Shown one piece after another: positions 10,332 to 19,796 of a stretch of DNA of 64,000 bases. The translations under genes and the position numbers were made by a program. The notes beneath the pieces are model-generated. The model was not told the DNA's origin. It searched no databases and saw nothing but the letters and a program-made list of their open reading frames with translations. Where the stretch lies: the NCBI GenBank assembly GCA_965217585.1, contig OZ244561.1, positions 2,144,001 to 2,208,000 on the forward strand, read 5' to 3'. Numbering within the stretch: position 1 is the stretch's first letter; each line of letters begins with the position of its first letter. This stretch comes from Candidatus Latescibacterota bacterium (GTDB lineage: Bacteria > Latescibacterota > UBA2968 > UBA8231).

Positions 10332-11198
10332 TCAAGCGTCGAATGACAGCGACAATCCGTCAAATGCTACTCTGTAGCCATGTGCTGCGGCATACTCGTC
10401 CAGTTCGTCATGCTCTAGGTATCCTTCGTGTGAGATATGAGTCGCGTAAGCTTCCGCGTTGTCCTTGAGAAGACCGCTGCGCCGAAAGCGATCGACGTGG
10501 CCTATTACGTCAACGGATGCCAGATGATCAGGCGGACTAACGTCAAAGCCGATGCCATACGTGTGATCAAGGACGAGCAAATCGAACTGCGTACCTGCAA
10601 ACAGAAGATGCTCCCAGACCTGCTCTGATAGAATCGAGGTATCAGTACCGTAAAATATGGCGTGCTGGCCTTGCTCGATTGAGTAAAGCAGGCACCCCTT
10701 TTCGGTGCCGTGGTTCGCGGGATACCCCGTGAAGCGGTAATCGCCGCCGACTTGAGCCTTGAACGGCTCGACGGTCAGCAGATTGATCTTCAGGGCGCGC
10801 TGTGTGTCTTGAGCGAAAATACTTCCGTACTCGCATCTTCTGCCCAAAACCTCATCAATAGACCTCAGTGCATCGATTGAACCTGCTAGAAGCATTTCCT
10901 GTGCGACGACCGTTGCATATTCCTCGTGTCTTGACATGAGGAACTCTGGATCAAAGTGGTCCGCGTGGGCATGTGTCAATAGGCAGATACTGATGCCAGT
11001 CAGAGAAACGTCGTGAGCGAATGACGCGGTCGCTATGTCTGGACCAATATCCACTAGTAGGTCATCGTTGATTGCGATAGACGACCGCTTGCGGAGGTTC
11101 TTGCCGGCGGCCCGCCTCGCTTCTGAGCACGCCTGACATACGCAGAAGGGTATTGGCATCGACGGCGCGGCTGATGTTCCGAGAAACGTCACTTGCAA
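10332..11198 (-). CDS. MBL-fold metallo-hydrolase (PhnP-like)
   Basis: FLGTSAA, CxCxxC, THAHADH, THISH motifs. Confidence 0.85.
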   Translation of the reverse strand: MQVTFLGTSAAPSMPIPFCVCQACSEARRAAGKNLRKRSSIAINDDLLVDIGPDIATASFAHDVSLTGISICLLTHAHADHFDPEFLMSRHEEYATVVAQEMLLAGSIDALRSIDEVLGRRCEYGSIFAQDTQRALKINLLTVEPFKAQVGGDYRFTGYPANHGTEKGCLLYSIEQGQHAIFYGTDTSILSEQVWEHLLFAGTQFDLLVLDHTYGIGFDVSPPDHLASVDVIGHVDRFRRSGLLKDNAEAYATHISHEGYLEHDELDEYAAAHGYRVAFDGLSLSFDA

Positions 11199-11201
11199 AG
11201 C

Positions 11202-11963
11202 TTAGTCGGTCTCCGTCGTGGTGCAGAAACAAAGCTGATGTCTAGAGTCCGGCCCAAAGGCGTCTCGGTCCCAGTTCCCGAACTTCTCGTTGATCCTTAT
11301 TCCATTGTACTTTAGCAGGGCATCCAGTTCCTGCGGGAAATACATCCTGAGATTCAGACCGCCAACGATCTCATCAGAGTCCTCTCTGTAGTGCACCATG
11401 CGCGCGATCTGGGTGTCTGCTTCGTACCTATATGACTGCGTCACTTGCACCTCTTGTCCAGTTTCATCGTCTGTGTAGCGAGAGAATGGATACCGTCTGC
11501 TTGGGTCGCGATTGAGGATCTCTAGCCCAGGGACAAAGACGTCCAAAATGAAGTAACCACCCGGAGCGAGATGACGCTGCACGCAGCGAATGCACTCCTC
11601 GAAATCCGCTAGGTCATGCAGATGCCATAGTGCGTTGTATAGTAGCAAGATCGACCCATACTGCCTACCGATGTCAAAGCGGCGTATATCGTCGCGGATC
11701 CATTCGACCTTCACCTGTCTGCCGTCGGCCTTTGACCTAGCAAGGCTAAGCATCGGCTCCGAATAGTCGATCCCAGTGACTTCAAGGCCGTGCTCTGCCA
11801 AGGGGATCGCTATCCGGCCCGTTCCACAGGCCAGCTCAAGGACCCTCTCGCGGGAGGCGAGCTCAGCCAGAAACCAATCTGGAAGTGTAGCATACGCGCC
11901 GTAGTACTGGTCGTATTTGGCTGGGGCCAGATAGTCTGCGTCGATGGATTCTTCTTTTCTCAT
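11202..11963 (-). CDS. Class I SAM-dependent methyltransferase
   Basis: VLELACGTGR motif. Confidence 0.88.
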   Translation of the reverse strand: MRKEESIDADYLAPAKYDQYYGAYATLPDWFLAELASRERVLELACGTGRIAIPLAEHGLEVTGIDYSEPMLSLARSKADGRQVKVEWIRDDIRRFDIGRQYGSILLLYNALWHLHDLADFEECIRCVQRHLAPGGYFILDVFVPGLEILNRDPSRRYPFSRYTDDETGQEVQVTQSYRYEADTQIARMVHYREDSDEIVGGLNLRMYFPQELDALLKYNGIRINEKFGNWDRDAFGPDSRHQLCFCTTTETD

Positions 11964-12034
11964 TTCAGATATCGTTGTGCCGTTGGGCGCAGTTATGTCC
12001 TACACTTTGCGTGCAACAAGCCGCACAAATGTTA

Positions 12035-12146
12035 AGTCTTTGTCCTTATCAGCCATCAGAAGATCCAAATCTCCGGATCGTACTTGGAAGCCAATGGAAA
12101 CCGCCCTCGGGAAAGAGGATGCTTCCCGTTTGCCAACACTGAATTC
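12035..12146 (-). pseudogene. Internally deleted methyltransferase cassette remnant
   Basis: AGGAG RBS, RFPLASKYDPE N-terminus fused to DLDLLMADKD C-terminal piece, then ACTTAAC core. Confidence 0.45.
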
Positions 12147-12166
12147 AATGTGTCTCTCCTATGCCG

Positions 12167-12685
12167 TTAGATAGTAGACAAGTCGCGCCGGAAGCGGATT
12201 TGTCGCCCTTCATCTCGGACGCCACCATCGCGGCACCACCCCATGGCCTCGTAGAAAGCGATTCCGTGCTCGTAGCCTTCTACAGTCCACACTATCGCCT
12301 CATCGTAGCCGTCTGCAACCAGATAACGCAAAGCGACAGACATCAACGCCCTGCCAATACCTGTACGCCAGTACGACGGATAGACAGCGATAGTATCAAG
12401 TTCGCCGAGGCGTGCATCCACCGGATCTCGGCTGGGTCCAATACCGACGAACCCTACAGTTGAACCCATACGCTCGGCTACCCACCAACGATGAGGGACA
12501 GGCTGAGCAAGATCGTAGCGCCAGCGTTCAGTAAGGGCTGGCGTCACAGTTCTATTGGCCTGCGATAGCAGTGCGCCAAATCCAGCGTTCCACGAATCGA
12601 TATAAATTCGCGCTACAATCTCGGCGTCAGCGGACGTAGCTGATCGGATCGTTGGTGGTAATTCTCGTGTCTTGTCTGGTCCCAT
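12167..12685 (-). CDS. GNAT acetyltransferase (cassette)
   Basis: WRTGIG acetyl-CoA motif, FYEAMGW; stop codon lies within the ATCTAAC inverse core. Confidence 0.88.
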   Translation of the reverse strand: MGPDKTRELPPTIRSATSADAEIVARIYIDSWNAGFGALLSQANRTVTPALTERWRYDLAQPVPHRWWVAERMGSTVGFVGIGPSRDPVDARLGELDTIAVYPSYWRTGIGRALMSVALRYLVADGYDEAIVWTVEGYEHGIAFYEAMGWCRDGGVRDEGRQIRFRRDLSTI

Positions 12686-12713
12686 CTGATTGCTATTGGT
12701 GATTCATCCTATG

Positions 12714-12790
12714 TCAAAGTTTGGCCGGTTTGCTAACCGCGAACCGATTGCCGAGGCCAAGGCGCGAGCAGCGCCGTAGCGCAAAGCGTG
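12714..12790 (-). repeat. Degenerate attC site
   Basis: Aligns with attC 44228-44315 (GCCGGTTT...GGCCAAGGCGC...GCGCCG.AG); cores mutated. Confidence 0.65.
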
Positions 12791-12835
12791 TCACGGAATG
12801 ATCAGATGCTCTTCGCGGATTGACCTGACACATTA

Positions 12836-13255
12836 TTAAGTTCGGTGTTGGGAAAATAGCCAGGGCAAAAGTTCGGGTTCCTTATAGGCGCGTAGAAGAT
12901 CGCCGTGAGATGTACCCTCATATTCCGTATACCTGGGATTTCCTCCTGCACTCCTAATCACAGCGATCATATCTCTGGTGTATTTGACCTTCATCACGGG
13001 GTCGCCGTCGACGTGGAAAGCCCAGATCGATTTACCGACCATCCGGTCTGCCCATTCGGTACGCCCCCAGCCCCCTATCGGGACTGCCGCCGCGAAGAGA
13101 TTAGGGACTCGCATGATGAGGTCCCAGACTCCGTGTGCGCCCATCGAATGCCCGATGACATAACAGCGGTCCGGGTCAATGGAGAAACGCCGCTGGAGGA
13201 CGGGGATGAGTTCCAGTATAGCCAGAATCGCGGCAGTCGGCTCGGCAGTGAACAT
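12836..13255 (-). pseudogene. C-terminal fragment of an alpha/beta-hydrolase (predicted peptidase/esterase)
   Basis: GHSMG nucleophile motif and WAFH..D; N-terminal half absent. Confidence 0.7.
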
Positions 13256-13327
13256 AACTATCGATATTCACGCCAGAGAATTCGTTATTCATATGGCATG
13301 CGATAATAGGGTAACTCTCGAATTTCC

Positions 13328-13358
13328 ATTAACGTTTTCGCCGTGCCAGAACTGCGAG
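13328..13358 (-). repeat. attC right-half remnant
   Basis: Plus strand ATTAACGTTTTCGCCGTGCCAGAAC matches 23260 GTCTAACGTTTTCGCCATGCCCGAAC. Confidence 0.65.
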
Positions 13359-13396
13359 GTGCCACCTGTACTGCAACAGGTGGCTGCGAAAAAAGA

Positions 13397-14185
13397 CTAT
13401 TGCCGACGCTTCAGCAGGAATATCATTTCGGGTGCCTCGGGCCCTATTGGTCGCCGATCAAATGATCCGAATTCTCCTACACTCTCAAGACCGGCAGCGC
13501 AGAAAAGCAACTTGAGGTGAGGATACGTATAGAAACTCATCTTCAATGGCTGCACTTCCTCAGACAGAACTTTATCAACTTCACACAAGCGGAAGATAAA
13601 CCTGCCCGAGAAATTCAGATTGATCAGGTCAATCTCGTCCTTTACAAAGTACCGGCGGAACATCCGGTCAGTCCCATCTTGTGCAGGCCACTCCAGGTCC
13701 AAGTATTCTTCGCCGACACCCGATAGAATTTTGTCGAAACTAGGATTGAATACATCAAACGCGAGGATACCGCCATCTGCCAAGTGTCTCCCGGCGTTTT
13801 TCAGGGCCGCTAGTTGATCTTCCGTAGTGTACATATGCTGCATGGGTCTGAACGGAATTACTACCAAGGAAAATTGATCACCCAAATAATGGGTGCGAAA
13901 ATCTCCCTCTATAACTCGTGTTCTCCGTCGTACGCTCCCACGTTCCTTGGCGAGCTTGGTGCGCAAGACCTCCAGCATTGAATGAGAAGCATCTATCCCC
14001 GTGACATCAACACCTTGTCGCGCCAGCGGCAAGGTGATTCTCCCAGTGCCGCAGCCAAACTCGAGGACCGGTCCACCATACTCATTGGCTAGATCGAGAT
14101 AGAAGTCCCTGTCCACCAAATCTTCCTTGACGCTGTATGCCGCGTCGTAATGTTTCGCTCCCGAACCATAGGAATCATCAATCAT
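13397..14185 (-). CDS. Class I SAM-dependent methyltransferase
   Basis: VLEFGCGTGR motif. Confidence 0.88.
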   Translation of the reverse strand: MIDDSYGSGAKHYDAAYSVKEDLVDRDFYLDLANEYGGPVLEFGCGTGRITLPLARQGVDVTGIDASHSMLEVLRTKLAKERGSVRRRTRVIEGDFRTHYLGDQFSLVVIPFRPMQHMYTTEDQLAALKNAGRHLADGGILAFDVFNPSFDKILSGVGEEYLDLEWPAQDGTDRMFRRYFVKDEIDLINLNFSGRFIFRLCEVDKVLSEEVQPLKMSFYTYPHLKLLFCAAGLESVGEFGSFDRRPIGPEAPEMIFLLKRRQ

Positions 14186-14396
14186 TGTGAGTTACCTATC
14201 GTCGTATTGTTAGGGTCAATCCATCCTGAATCAACTTGACCAATTTTCGCTATGATCGAGCGCAAATCCGGATCTGAAAACTGATCTGTCTAGTCTTAAT
14301 GAACTACATTATCTCATTGAAGTATTCGATTATCTCACTGGAATTCAAGGCAGGCGCGTTGTGATTCCAGTGTCGACATGGTATTCTGCACTTTCG

Positions 14397-14425
14397 CTTA
14401 GCGTTTCGCCGGTTTGCGAACCGCG
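14397..14425 (-). repeat. attC right-half remnant
   Basis: Minus strand CGCGGTTCGCAAACCGGCGAAACGCTAAGC, a few bases after the GNAT stop. Confidence 0.65.
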
Positions 14426-14429
14426 CGGA

Positions 14430-14775
14430 TCACGCCTTCTTCAGCGACACGAAATACTCCTCGAAGCCCAACTTGTGCCAGAAGCGTTTCCCGCTTGGGT
14501 TAGTCGCCAACACGTCCAACGAAACCTCTCTCCCGAGAAATCGCTCGTCCGCCAAGAGTTGGTAAGCCGCACTGCCTACGCCTTGTCCACGATGGGGCCG
14601 ATCAATGAAGAACTGACGGAGGTAAACGACTTCTTGGTCCGGATAGTAATAATCGCCCTGAAATTTGTAGACCGCGTAGCCTAGTATGACCCCGTTGGGA
14701 TCTATGAACAGGGCTATCTCCCATTCGTCGCCATCCAACCAAGCCTTAAGCCGTTGATGATACTCAACCGGCGAA
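14430..14775 (-). pseudogene. GNAT acetyltransferase, N-terminally truncated
   Basis: RQFFIDRPHRGQGVG...FWHKLGF; the 5' end is fused out of frame to a NUDIX fragment. Confidence 0.7.
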
Positions 14776-15045
14776 AAGGGATTTCTGCTCCCCTGTTGGT
14801 GAGAATGCCGTCTTGGGGACGGAGGCCCGAGAATCCAGCCGCAAGAAACGTGCCCCCTTTGGAATGCCTGCTTCCTCTTCCGCCTCACGCCGTGCGGTTT
14901 GCTCTGCCGTCTCATCGTCTTCGGCACCCCCTGCAATGAACTGCCACATAGAGTCATCCGCCCGATGGAAGACGGCAAACTGGTATCCGACATTCTCACT
15001 CTCTCTGAATGGTATCACGATCACTTGTAGGGGTTGCCTTGCCAT
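14764..15045 (-). pseudogene. NUDIX hydrolase, C-terminally truncated
   Basis: NUDIX box GGAEDDETAEQTARREAEEEAG. Confidence 0.75.
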
Positions 15046-15046
15046 G

Positions 15047-15748
15047 CTAACTGTTCTCGCGGGTTGAGTCGCTCAGATCCAAAGCCAGACGCGCCCCCTG
15101 CTCAAATCCCCATTTGAGGCGTGCCTCAAGGAGCCCACGGCCGAAGCCCTGACCCCGATGCTTGGGATCAACCAGCAAATCAAAGAGCCCCATGATTGAG
15201 CCCGAAACAACTGCGCGGGCGCAGCCTACGGATTTGCCATCAGTCCGGGCGATAACATAGGCCGAAGGAGTGGGGATCGCGTTGAGCAAACTGCGAAATA
15301 CCTCAGAGTGCTGACTGCGACCGGACAGACGTCTCCAGGTTTCGAGCCATTCATCTGTTGCACATTCGTCTAGCGTTATGGCAGAGGAACTAGCGGAACG
15401 GGCCTCAAGCCGCTTGGTTTGAACCAGTGTATCGGCGTCTCTAGCGTACTGAAGCTGTGCCAAGGTCTCGTCCAAATTCCCAGGTTGACAGGCAGGAACA
15501 ATCTTGCAAAGACAAGGTAGCGAAGCCCGCGCGTACGCAGCTTCACAATGAAACAGCTTCTCTTGAAGCGGGGTTGTGGATCCATACAGCGGGACTACGC
15601 AGTTGGCCCGGCGACTGTATCCCCCAGACATTCGAACGATCCAGCCGTCGTAGAATTCTGTTTTCAGCGCGGGTAGCCCGTTCAGCGCCGCCTCTTCCAG
15701 CGCTACTACAAGCTCTGAACTGTTCGTTGAATCAAGTACTATCGTCAT
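15047..15748 (-). pseudogene. GNAT acetyltransferase, 3'-truncated paralog of 46843-47634
   Basis: Near-identical to the 46843-47634 protein up to GARLA, then lacks the final YLQV...YWYR segment. Confidence 0.8.
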
Positions 15749-15762
15749 AGGTTTCGGTCTGC

Positions 15763-15942
15763 CTATTTGGTATTGGACTCGGCCACCCCAAGCCAGATCG
15801 AATCCTCATGCTGGATCCGATCAAAGACGGCGTCGAACTCTTGTCTCTCCACCTCGAACGAGGTGACGAAGTCCCTGGCAAGACGAAATACCGAGTCGCG
15901 ATCCGAATTCTCAGCTAGCCGAATAGATGGATTCGAGGTCAT
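15763..15942 (-). pseudogene. GNAT N-terminal fragment
   Basis: MTSNPSIRLAENSDRDSVFRLARDFVTSF...; the stop is supplied by the TAGGC core remnant of the next cassette. Confidence 0.55.
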
Positions 15943-15956
15943 AATTGCTCATGCAT

Positions 15957-15979
15957 TGCGCAAAACGCGTTGTTACACG
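15957..15979 (-). repeat. attC left-half remnant
   Basis: Minus strand GTGTAACAACGCGTTTTGCGCA, similar to GCTTAACAACTCGTTTTGCTC at 23921. Confidence 0.55.
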
Positions 15980-16073
15980 ACGTTGGCTCTCTCTCCTACA
16001 AATACGCTTGAGCCAACTCCAGAAGCTCCTCCCAGCTCCTAACCTCTGCATCAACAGGGATATCCGCATGCTT

Positions 16074-18689
16074 TTAAAATTTTATCGTTTTCTTGTCATT
16101 ACCGCGTATGATGGTAACAACACCACTATTATACTTCGAGAGCATATAAGGGCTTTGGAAAACATTTTTCGGCGTATAATCGACGTACTCCCCGCCAATC
16201 GTTGGTATATCACGCGCGCAACCGTTAAAAACCAATTCCTTAGCATCAGGGCTACTGCCCTTATAGACTACGATATCGTAACGAGGTACAAGTGTACCAA
16301 GAAGCGTAATTTTATTGCTGAGGATTTTTTCCTGGAAGTTTTCAAAGTTGCCATAGTTTTCTCTTCTGCCGGTTTCAATAATAACAGGGCTGTGCTTGTC
16401 ATTGAGCTTGGCGATTGACTTTTCCTTATTCCAGGTGTAAGAGTCAATTGAAATATCAAGTTCTCTGGTTCTTGGCGGCAGGCTCGCGCCACGTTTGCCG
16501 GCGTCCCAAACTTTTTGAAACTCTGCTGAGACTCTGCCGCTAAGAGGCCGTACTGCAACGAAGGCATTACCTTTTTTCGTAAAAATCCAACCATCTCTTT
16601 CGACGATAGTTTCAACACCGTTAAAGACGATACCTACATCAGCGCCAAGACCAAACATAAACTTCGTATCAGCAGTGTCATATTCTGGGAACCACGTCGG
16701 GTCAATACGAAAAACACTTCGAGCAGATTGTGTTATCAGAACGTCTTTGTGCTGAACACTGCGGTATAACCCCATGCCATATTTGCCGACATACCTCATA
16801 TTTGCCCATTTTTCAGGGTCTGAAGTGTCAATAGTTTGAGGGTACACTCCGTTGTAATTGTAGCTTGAGATCGGATTGGCCGCACCAAAGATAACGCCGT
16901 TCCAACGTCCATGAAGGCTCAGATGGCTGTGTACCGCATCTGGCGGGTCCATCTGTGTGCCGATAACGTAATCTGGTGTAACCCAGCTATAACGTAAGAA
17001 TCGAGACTCGGTATCGCACATTAAAGACCACTCATTGCCCAGAGGCCTTGGCCATACATTTTCTTCTTCGCCAGGCCTTCTTGAAACAAACTCGAACTCG
17101 CCAAGCGACTCTCTGTCTAATGCCAATGCCCAAAGCAGAGGATCTGGCTCATAAGCTCCCATTATCATATTTCGCATCTGCGGGTAGGGCAAAGAACCTG
17201 CCGAACCCATACAAAAGTTAAAAAAGTCACGCAAACCTGTTCTGCTGCTCCAGCGGGTTGTAGCACCGCCTGGTAAGCCTGATACTTCATCTTGAGCCCA
17301 GTCAGCCCACATTATATCAAGAATGTTGTTGGCATACTTGCGAATTTTAGAATCCGCAGCGTAGGTGACGAGCTCGTTCATGGCGGAGGTTTGCAATCTC
17401 ATATAACCCGAAGAGCGCACCTCGACCCAAAGGCCTTTCCGGGCTCTATCTGGCAGGTAGTTATGGAAAAACTTGACCCATGCCTCGTAATGGTCTTTTG
17501 CAGTGTATTTTTTGCCATCGCTCCAGTCAGCTCTGCCTCCCAGCACTCCAGAATGCTTGCCATAACCGTAAGCTCCGCCCTGACCAAGGTTCGGGTAGAC
17601 CCTGTCCTTGAAATCGGGGTGGTTCATGAAAATCTGTGAGGTAAAAAGAGCGCCTAGTTTGAAAACAAGGTCATGGTTCTCGCTACCCTGAAGCCACCAT
17701 GTGTTTTTGCGCGACAGTGCGATGTCGTTGGCGATTTTCCAGGCATCCCACAGATTTTCAAGAAGAAGTCTTTCTGTTTCAGGGTAAAGCTTGCCCTTTG
17801 CAATGCGACCATTGCTTCCATAATCAAAAACAAGATTATACGACCTGCAGCCCTCATAGAGCGGTGTGCCAAAAAGGTTTTCATTTTCCTCTGGGTCGCT
17901 CATCAGTTTGACCATTAAAGCATTGGCCTCATCAAGCCTTTCACCAAGCTCTATCAGAGCCTCGGCTTGATGAAACTTTGTCACTTCGTAGGTCTTGCTC
18001 TGATGCGATAACAGTTCGCGAAAAGCGAAGGCATTACGAGCTTGTCTGGTTTCTCTGGCCTCTGCAATTCTCTGGCTCAAAAGTTTGTCCGTTACGCCAA
18101 CGATATGACCGCTGGAAGCGTTTTGATAGTACACCTCATCGAACCATACCTTATCACCCGTTGCCAGCTTCAAGGCAACTTCACAGCCTGCTATGCCACT
18201 ATTGAAGTCAAAAGCACTCTGTGATTTGAAGTCTGACAGCGGTACAACAATCTCCTGCCACTGGTCATTGCAGTTAAAATCGGACAAAAGGTAAGAAGCT
18301 TTATTGCCGTTGGTATCGAGCAGTATGAGTGAAACTTTTTCTGCTCCGCTTTGAGCCCTAAGCAGCAGGTGCAAGCTGTAATCTGCGTTAATGCCCCAAC
18401 GATCAAACCATGGCCCAGGTGTGAAACCGATTTTGCGGAGGTTGTCATTCTTTGCCTCAAAGACGACACTGAAATCGCCAGACTTTTTATTCACATAATC
18501 CCGGGTAAAGTTTCGCAGGTTATCGCCCTTGCCGAATTGCATGTCCTTTTGCCCGTCTTTGTTATCAACAATCTCCTGATCAGGGCTTACCGCATTAAAG
18601 AGCCTTAGAGCTTCGTCATAAAACTCAAACTTCTGTGTGTCAATACATTCAAAAGCGAAGACGCCGGAACAAACCAGTAGATCTGTCAT
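16074..18689 (-). CDS. Large hypothetical protein: N-terminal galactose-binding-like domain plus heparinase II/III-like helical and beta domains
   Basis: 871-aa ORF with GSENH and VEVRSSGY motifs; relatively AT-rich; fold assignment is inference. Confidence 0.7.
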   Translation of the reverse strand: MTDLLVCSGVFAFECIDTQKFEFYDEALRLFNAVSPDQEIVDNKDGQKDMQFGKGDNLRNFTRDYVNKKSGDFSVVFEAKNDNLRKIGFTPGPWFDRWGINADYSLHLLLRAQSGAEKVSLILLDTNGNKASYLLSDFNCNDQWQEIVVPLSDFKSQSAFDFNSGIAGCEVALKLATGDKVWFDEVYYQNASSGHIVGVTDKLLSQRIAEARETRQARNAFAFRELLSHQSKTYEVTKFHQAEALIELGERLDEANALMVKLMSDPEENENLFGTPLYEGCRSYNLVFDYGSNGRIAKGKLYPETERLLLENLWDAWKIANDIALSRKNTWWLQGSENHDLVFKLGALFTSQIFMNHPDFKDRVYPNLGQGGAYGYGKHSGVLGGRADWSDGKKYTAKDHYEAWVKFFHNYLPDRARKGLWVEVRSSGYMRLQTSAMNELVTYAADSKIRKYANNILDIMWADWAQDEVSGLPGGATTRWSSRTGLRDFFNFCMGSAGSLPYPQMRNMIMGAYEPDPLLWALALDRESLGEFEFVSRRPGEEENVWPRPLGNEWSLMCDTESRFLRYSWVTPDYVIGTQMDPPDAVHSHLSLHGRWNGVIFGAANPISSYNYNGVYPQTIDTSDPEKWANMRYVGKYGMGLYRSVQHKDVLITQSARSVFRIDPTWFPEYDTADTKFMFGLGADVGIVFNGVETIVERDGWIFTKKGNAFVAVRPLSGRVSAEFQKVWDAGKRGASLPPRTRELDISIDSYTWNKEKSIAKLNDKHSPVIIETGRRENYGNFENFQEKILSNKITLLGTLVPRYDIVVYKGSSPDAKELVFNGCARDIPTIGGEYVDYTPKNVFQSPYMLSKYNSGVVTIIRGNDKKTIKF

Positions 18690-18698
18690 TATTGAGGT

Positions 18699-19229
18699 TC
18701 ACCAAAGTTTGTTTACGGTTAGTTGTGCATGATGGAAGAAGCCCAGTATCATATCTGGCCGATGGCGTAAGCGTGCGAACTGTCGATCGACATGTCGTTG
18801 CATGGCCTCGACGGTATCCCAGGTGCTGTTGCGCAGATGCTGTTTGACGGTGCCATGACAGAATTCTTCTGGATTGATTTCGGGGGCATACGGCGGCAGC
18901 CATTCGACCCGGATTTCAGGATGCTCCTGTAGATAGTCTTTGACCGGTTGGGCGCGATGGGCCGACAGCCGATCCCAAATCAAAATAAACCCGGTTCCTA
19001 CCCATCGCCGCACATGGTGGAGGGCGCGGACTACTTGGGCGGCACCAATGGAGCCGCGAAAATGGCGTTTGTAGATTTTACCGCGCAGGGTCAACGCCAC
19101 CACACTAGAAAGCACCCGGCGTTGCCGTTTAACCCGCCGGATCACCGGCGGGCATCCGATAGGAGCCCACGTGGTGGTTAGCTTCTCGGTAAACGAAAAG
19201 CCGCATTCATCCAAAAAGACCACATCCAC
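18699..19229 (-). CDS. IS630 transposase DDE domain (orfB)
   Basis: FLDECGF, IWDRLSAH, LPPYAPEINPEE; fused to orfA via the A8 slippery run at 19245-19252. Confidence 0.9.
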   Translation of the reverse strand: MDVVFLDECGFSFTEKLTTTWAPIGCPPVIRRVKRQRRVLSSVVALTLRGKIYKRHFRGSIGAAQVVRALHHVRRWVGTGFILIWDRLSAHRAQPVKDYLQEHPEIRVEWLPPYAPEINPEEFCHGTVKQHLRNSTWDTVEAMQRHVDRQFARLRHRPDMILGFFHHAQLTVNKLW

Positions 19230-19230
19230 C

Positions 19231-19722
19231 TTAAGCCGACGGGCTTTTTTTTATCCGAGGCCAATCGCACTTCAGCCACGTTTCGACGCGGGCATCATCC
19301 CGTTCCAAGGCGCGATCAACGGGTTGTTGCACACTAAAGCCGAGTTGGTGGAGCAAGCGGGCTAGATAGTGGGGATGATAGGTAATGGCAAAGTCGCGCT
19401 CGATAAGCTGCTGGACTCTTTTGAGCGTCCAGCGATCGGTCGCAAACCCCGCACGTAGGGCCCCCTGTTGGAGGCGCTGCTTCAGTTGGTGCTTTTGCCG
19501 GAGGCTCAACTTCGACGGGCGTCCACAAGGCGTCCGCCGGTGCAGCCCAACCACTCCATCGGTGCGCAACCGCTGGGCCCATTTCGATACGGCCATGCGA
19601 CTGACGCCCAACTGCCGAGCAATCGCCGCTTGCGACAAGCGGCCTTCTTGCAAAAGCCGAGCCCCGGCAAGGCGGCGCTCTTCTAACTGGGCACGGGTCA
19701 AATGAGTAGGAGTCCAAGTCAT
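19231..19722 (-). CDS. IS630 transposase HTH domain (orfA)
   Basis: IARQLGVSRMAVSKW, WTLKRV, WPRIKK frameshift motif. Confidence 0.88.
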   Translation of the reverse strand: MTWTPTHLTRAQLEERRLAGARLLQEGRLSQAAIARQLGVSRMAVSKWAQRLRTDGVVGLHRRTPCGRPSKLSLRQKHQLKQRLQQGALRAGFATDRWTLKRVQQLIERDFAITYHPHYLARLLHQLGFSVQQPVDRALERDDARVETWLKCDWPRIKKSPSA

Positions 19723-19796
19723 AAACGTATAATGTAAACCAATTTTAGTGAATGTCAATAATACCGCAACGCGTTTGCTGATTTAACTCGCCCCTT

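Larger units (their letters stand above)
18690..19760 (-). mobile_element. IS630-family insertion sequence
   Basis: Imperfect 27-bp TIRs TATTGAGGTTCACCAAAGTTTGTTTAC / TATTGACATTCACTAAAATTGGTTTAC, TA at both ends, HTH and DDE ORFs. Confidence 0.92.

Noticed and set aside
13360-13396. Hairpin GCCACCTGT/ACAGGTGGC as a terminator
   Set aside because: The T-run precedes the stem on the coding (minus) strand, so it does not fit an intrinsic terminator.
14430-14999. 189-aa ORF as an intact GNAT
   Set aside because: Its N-terminal ~75 aa are an off-frame reading of the NUDIX fragment; it is a deletion chimera.
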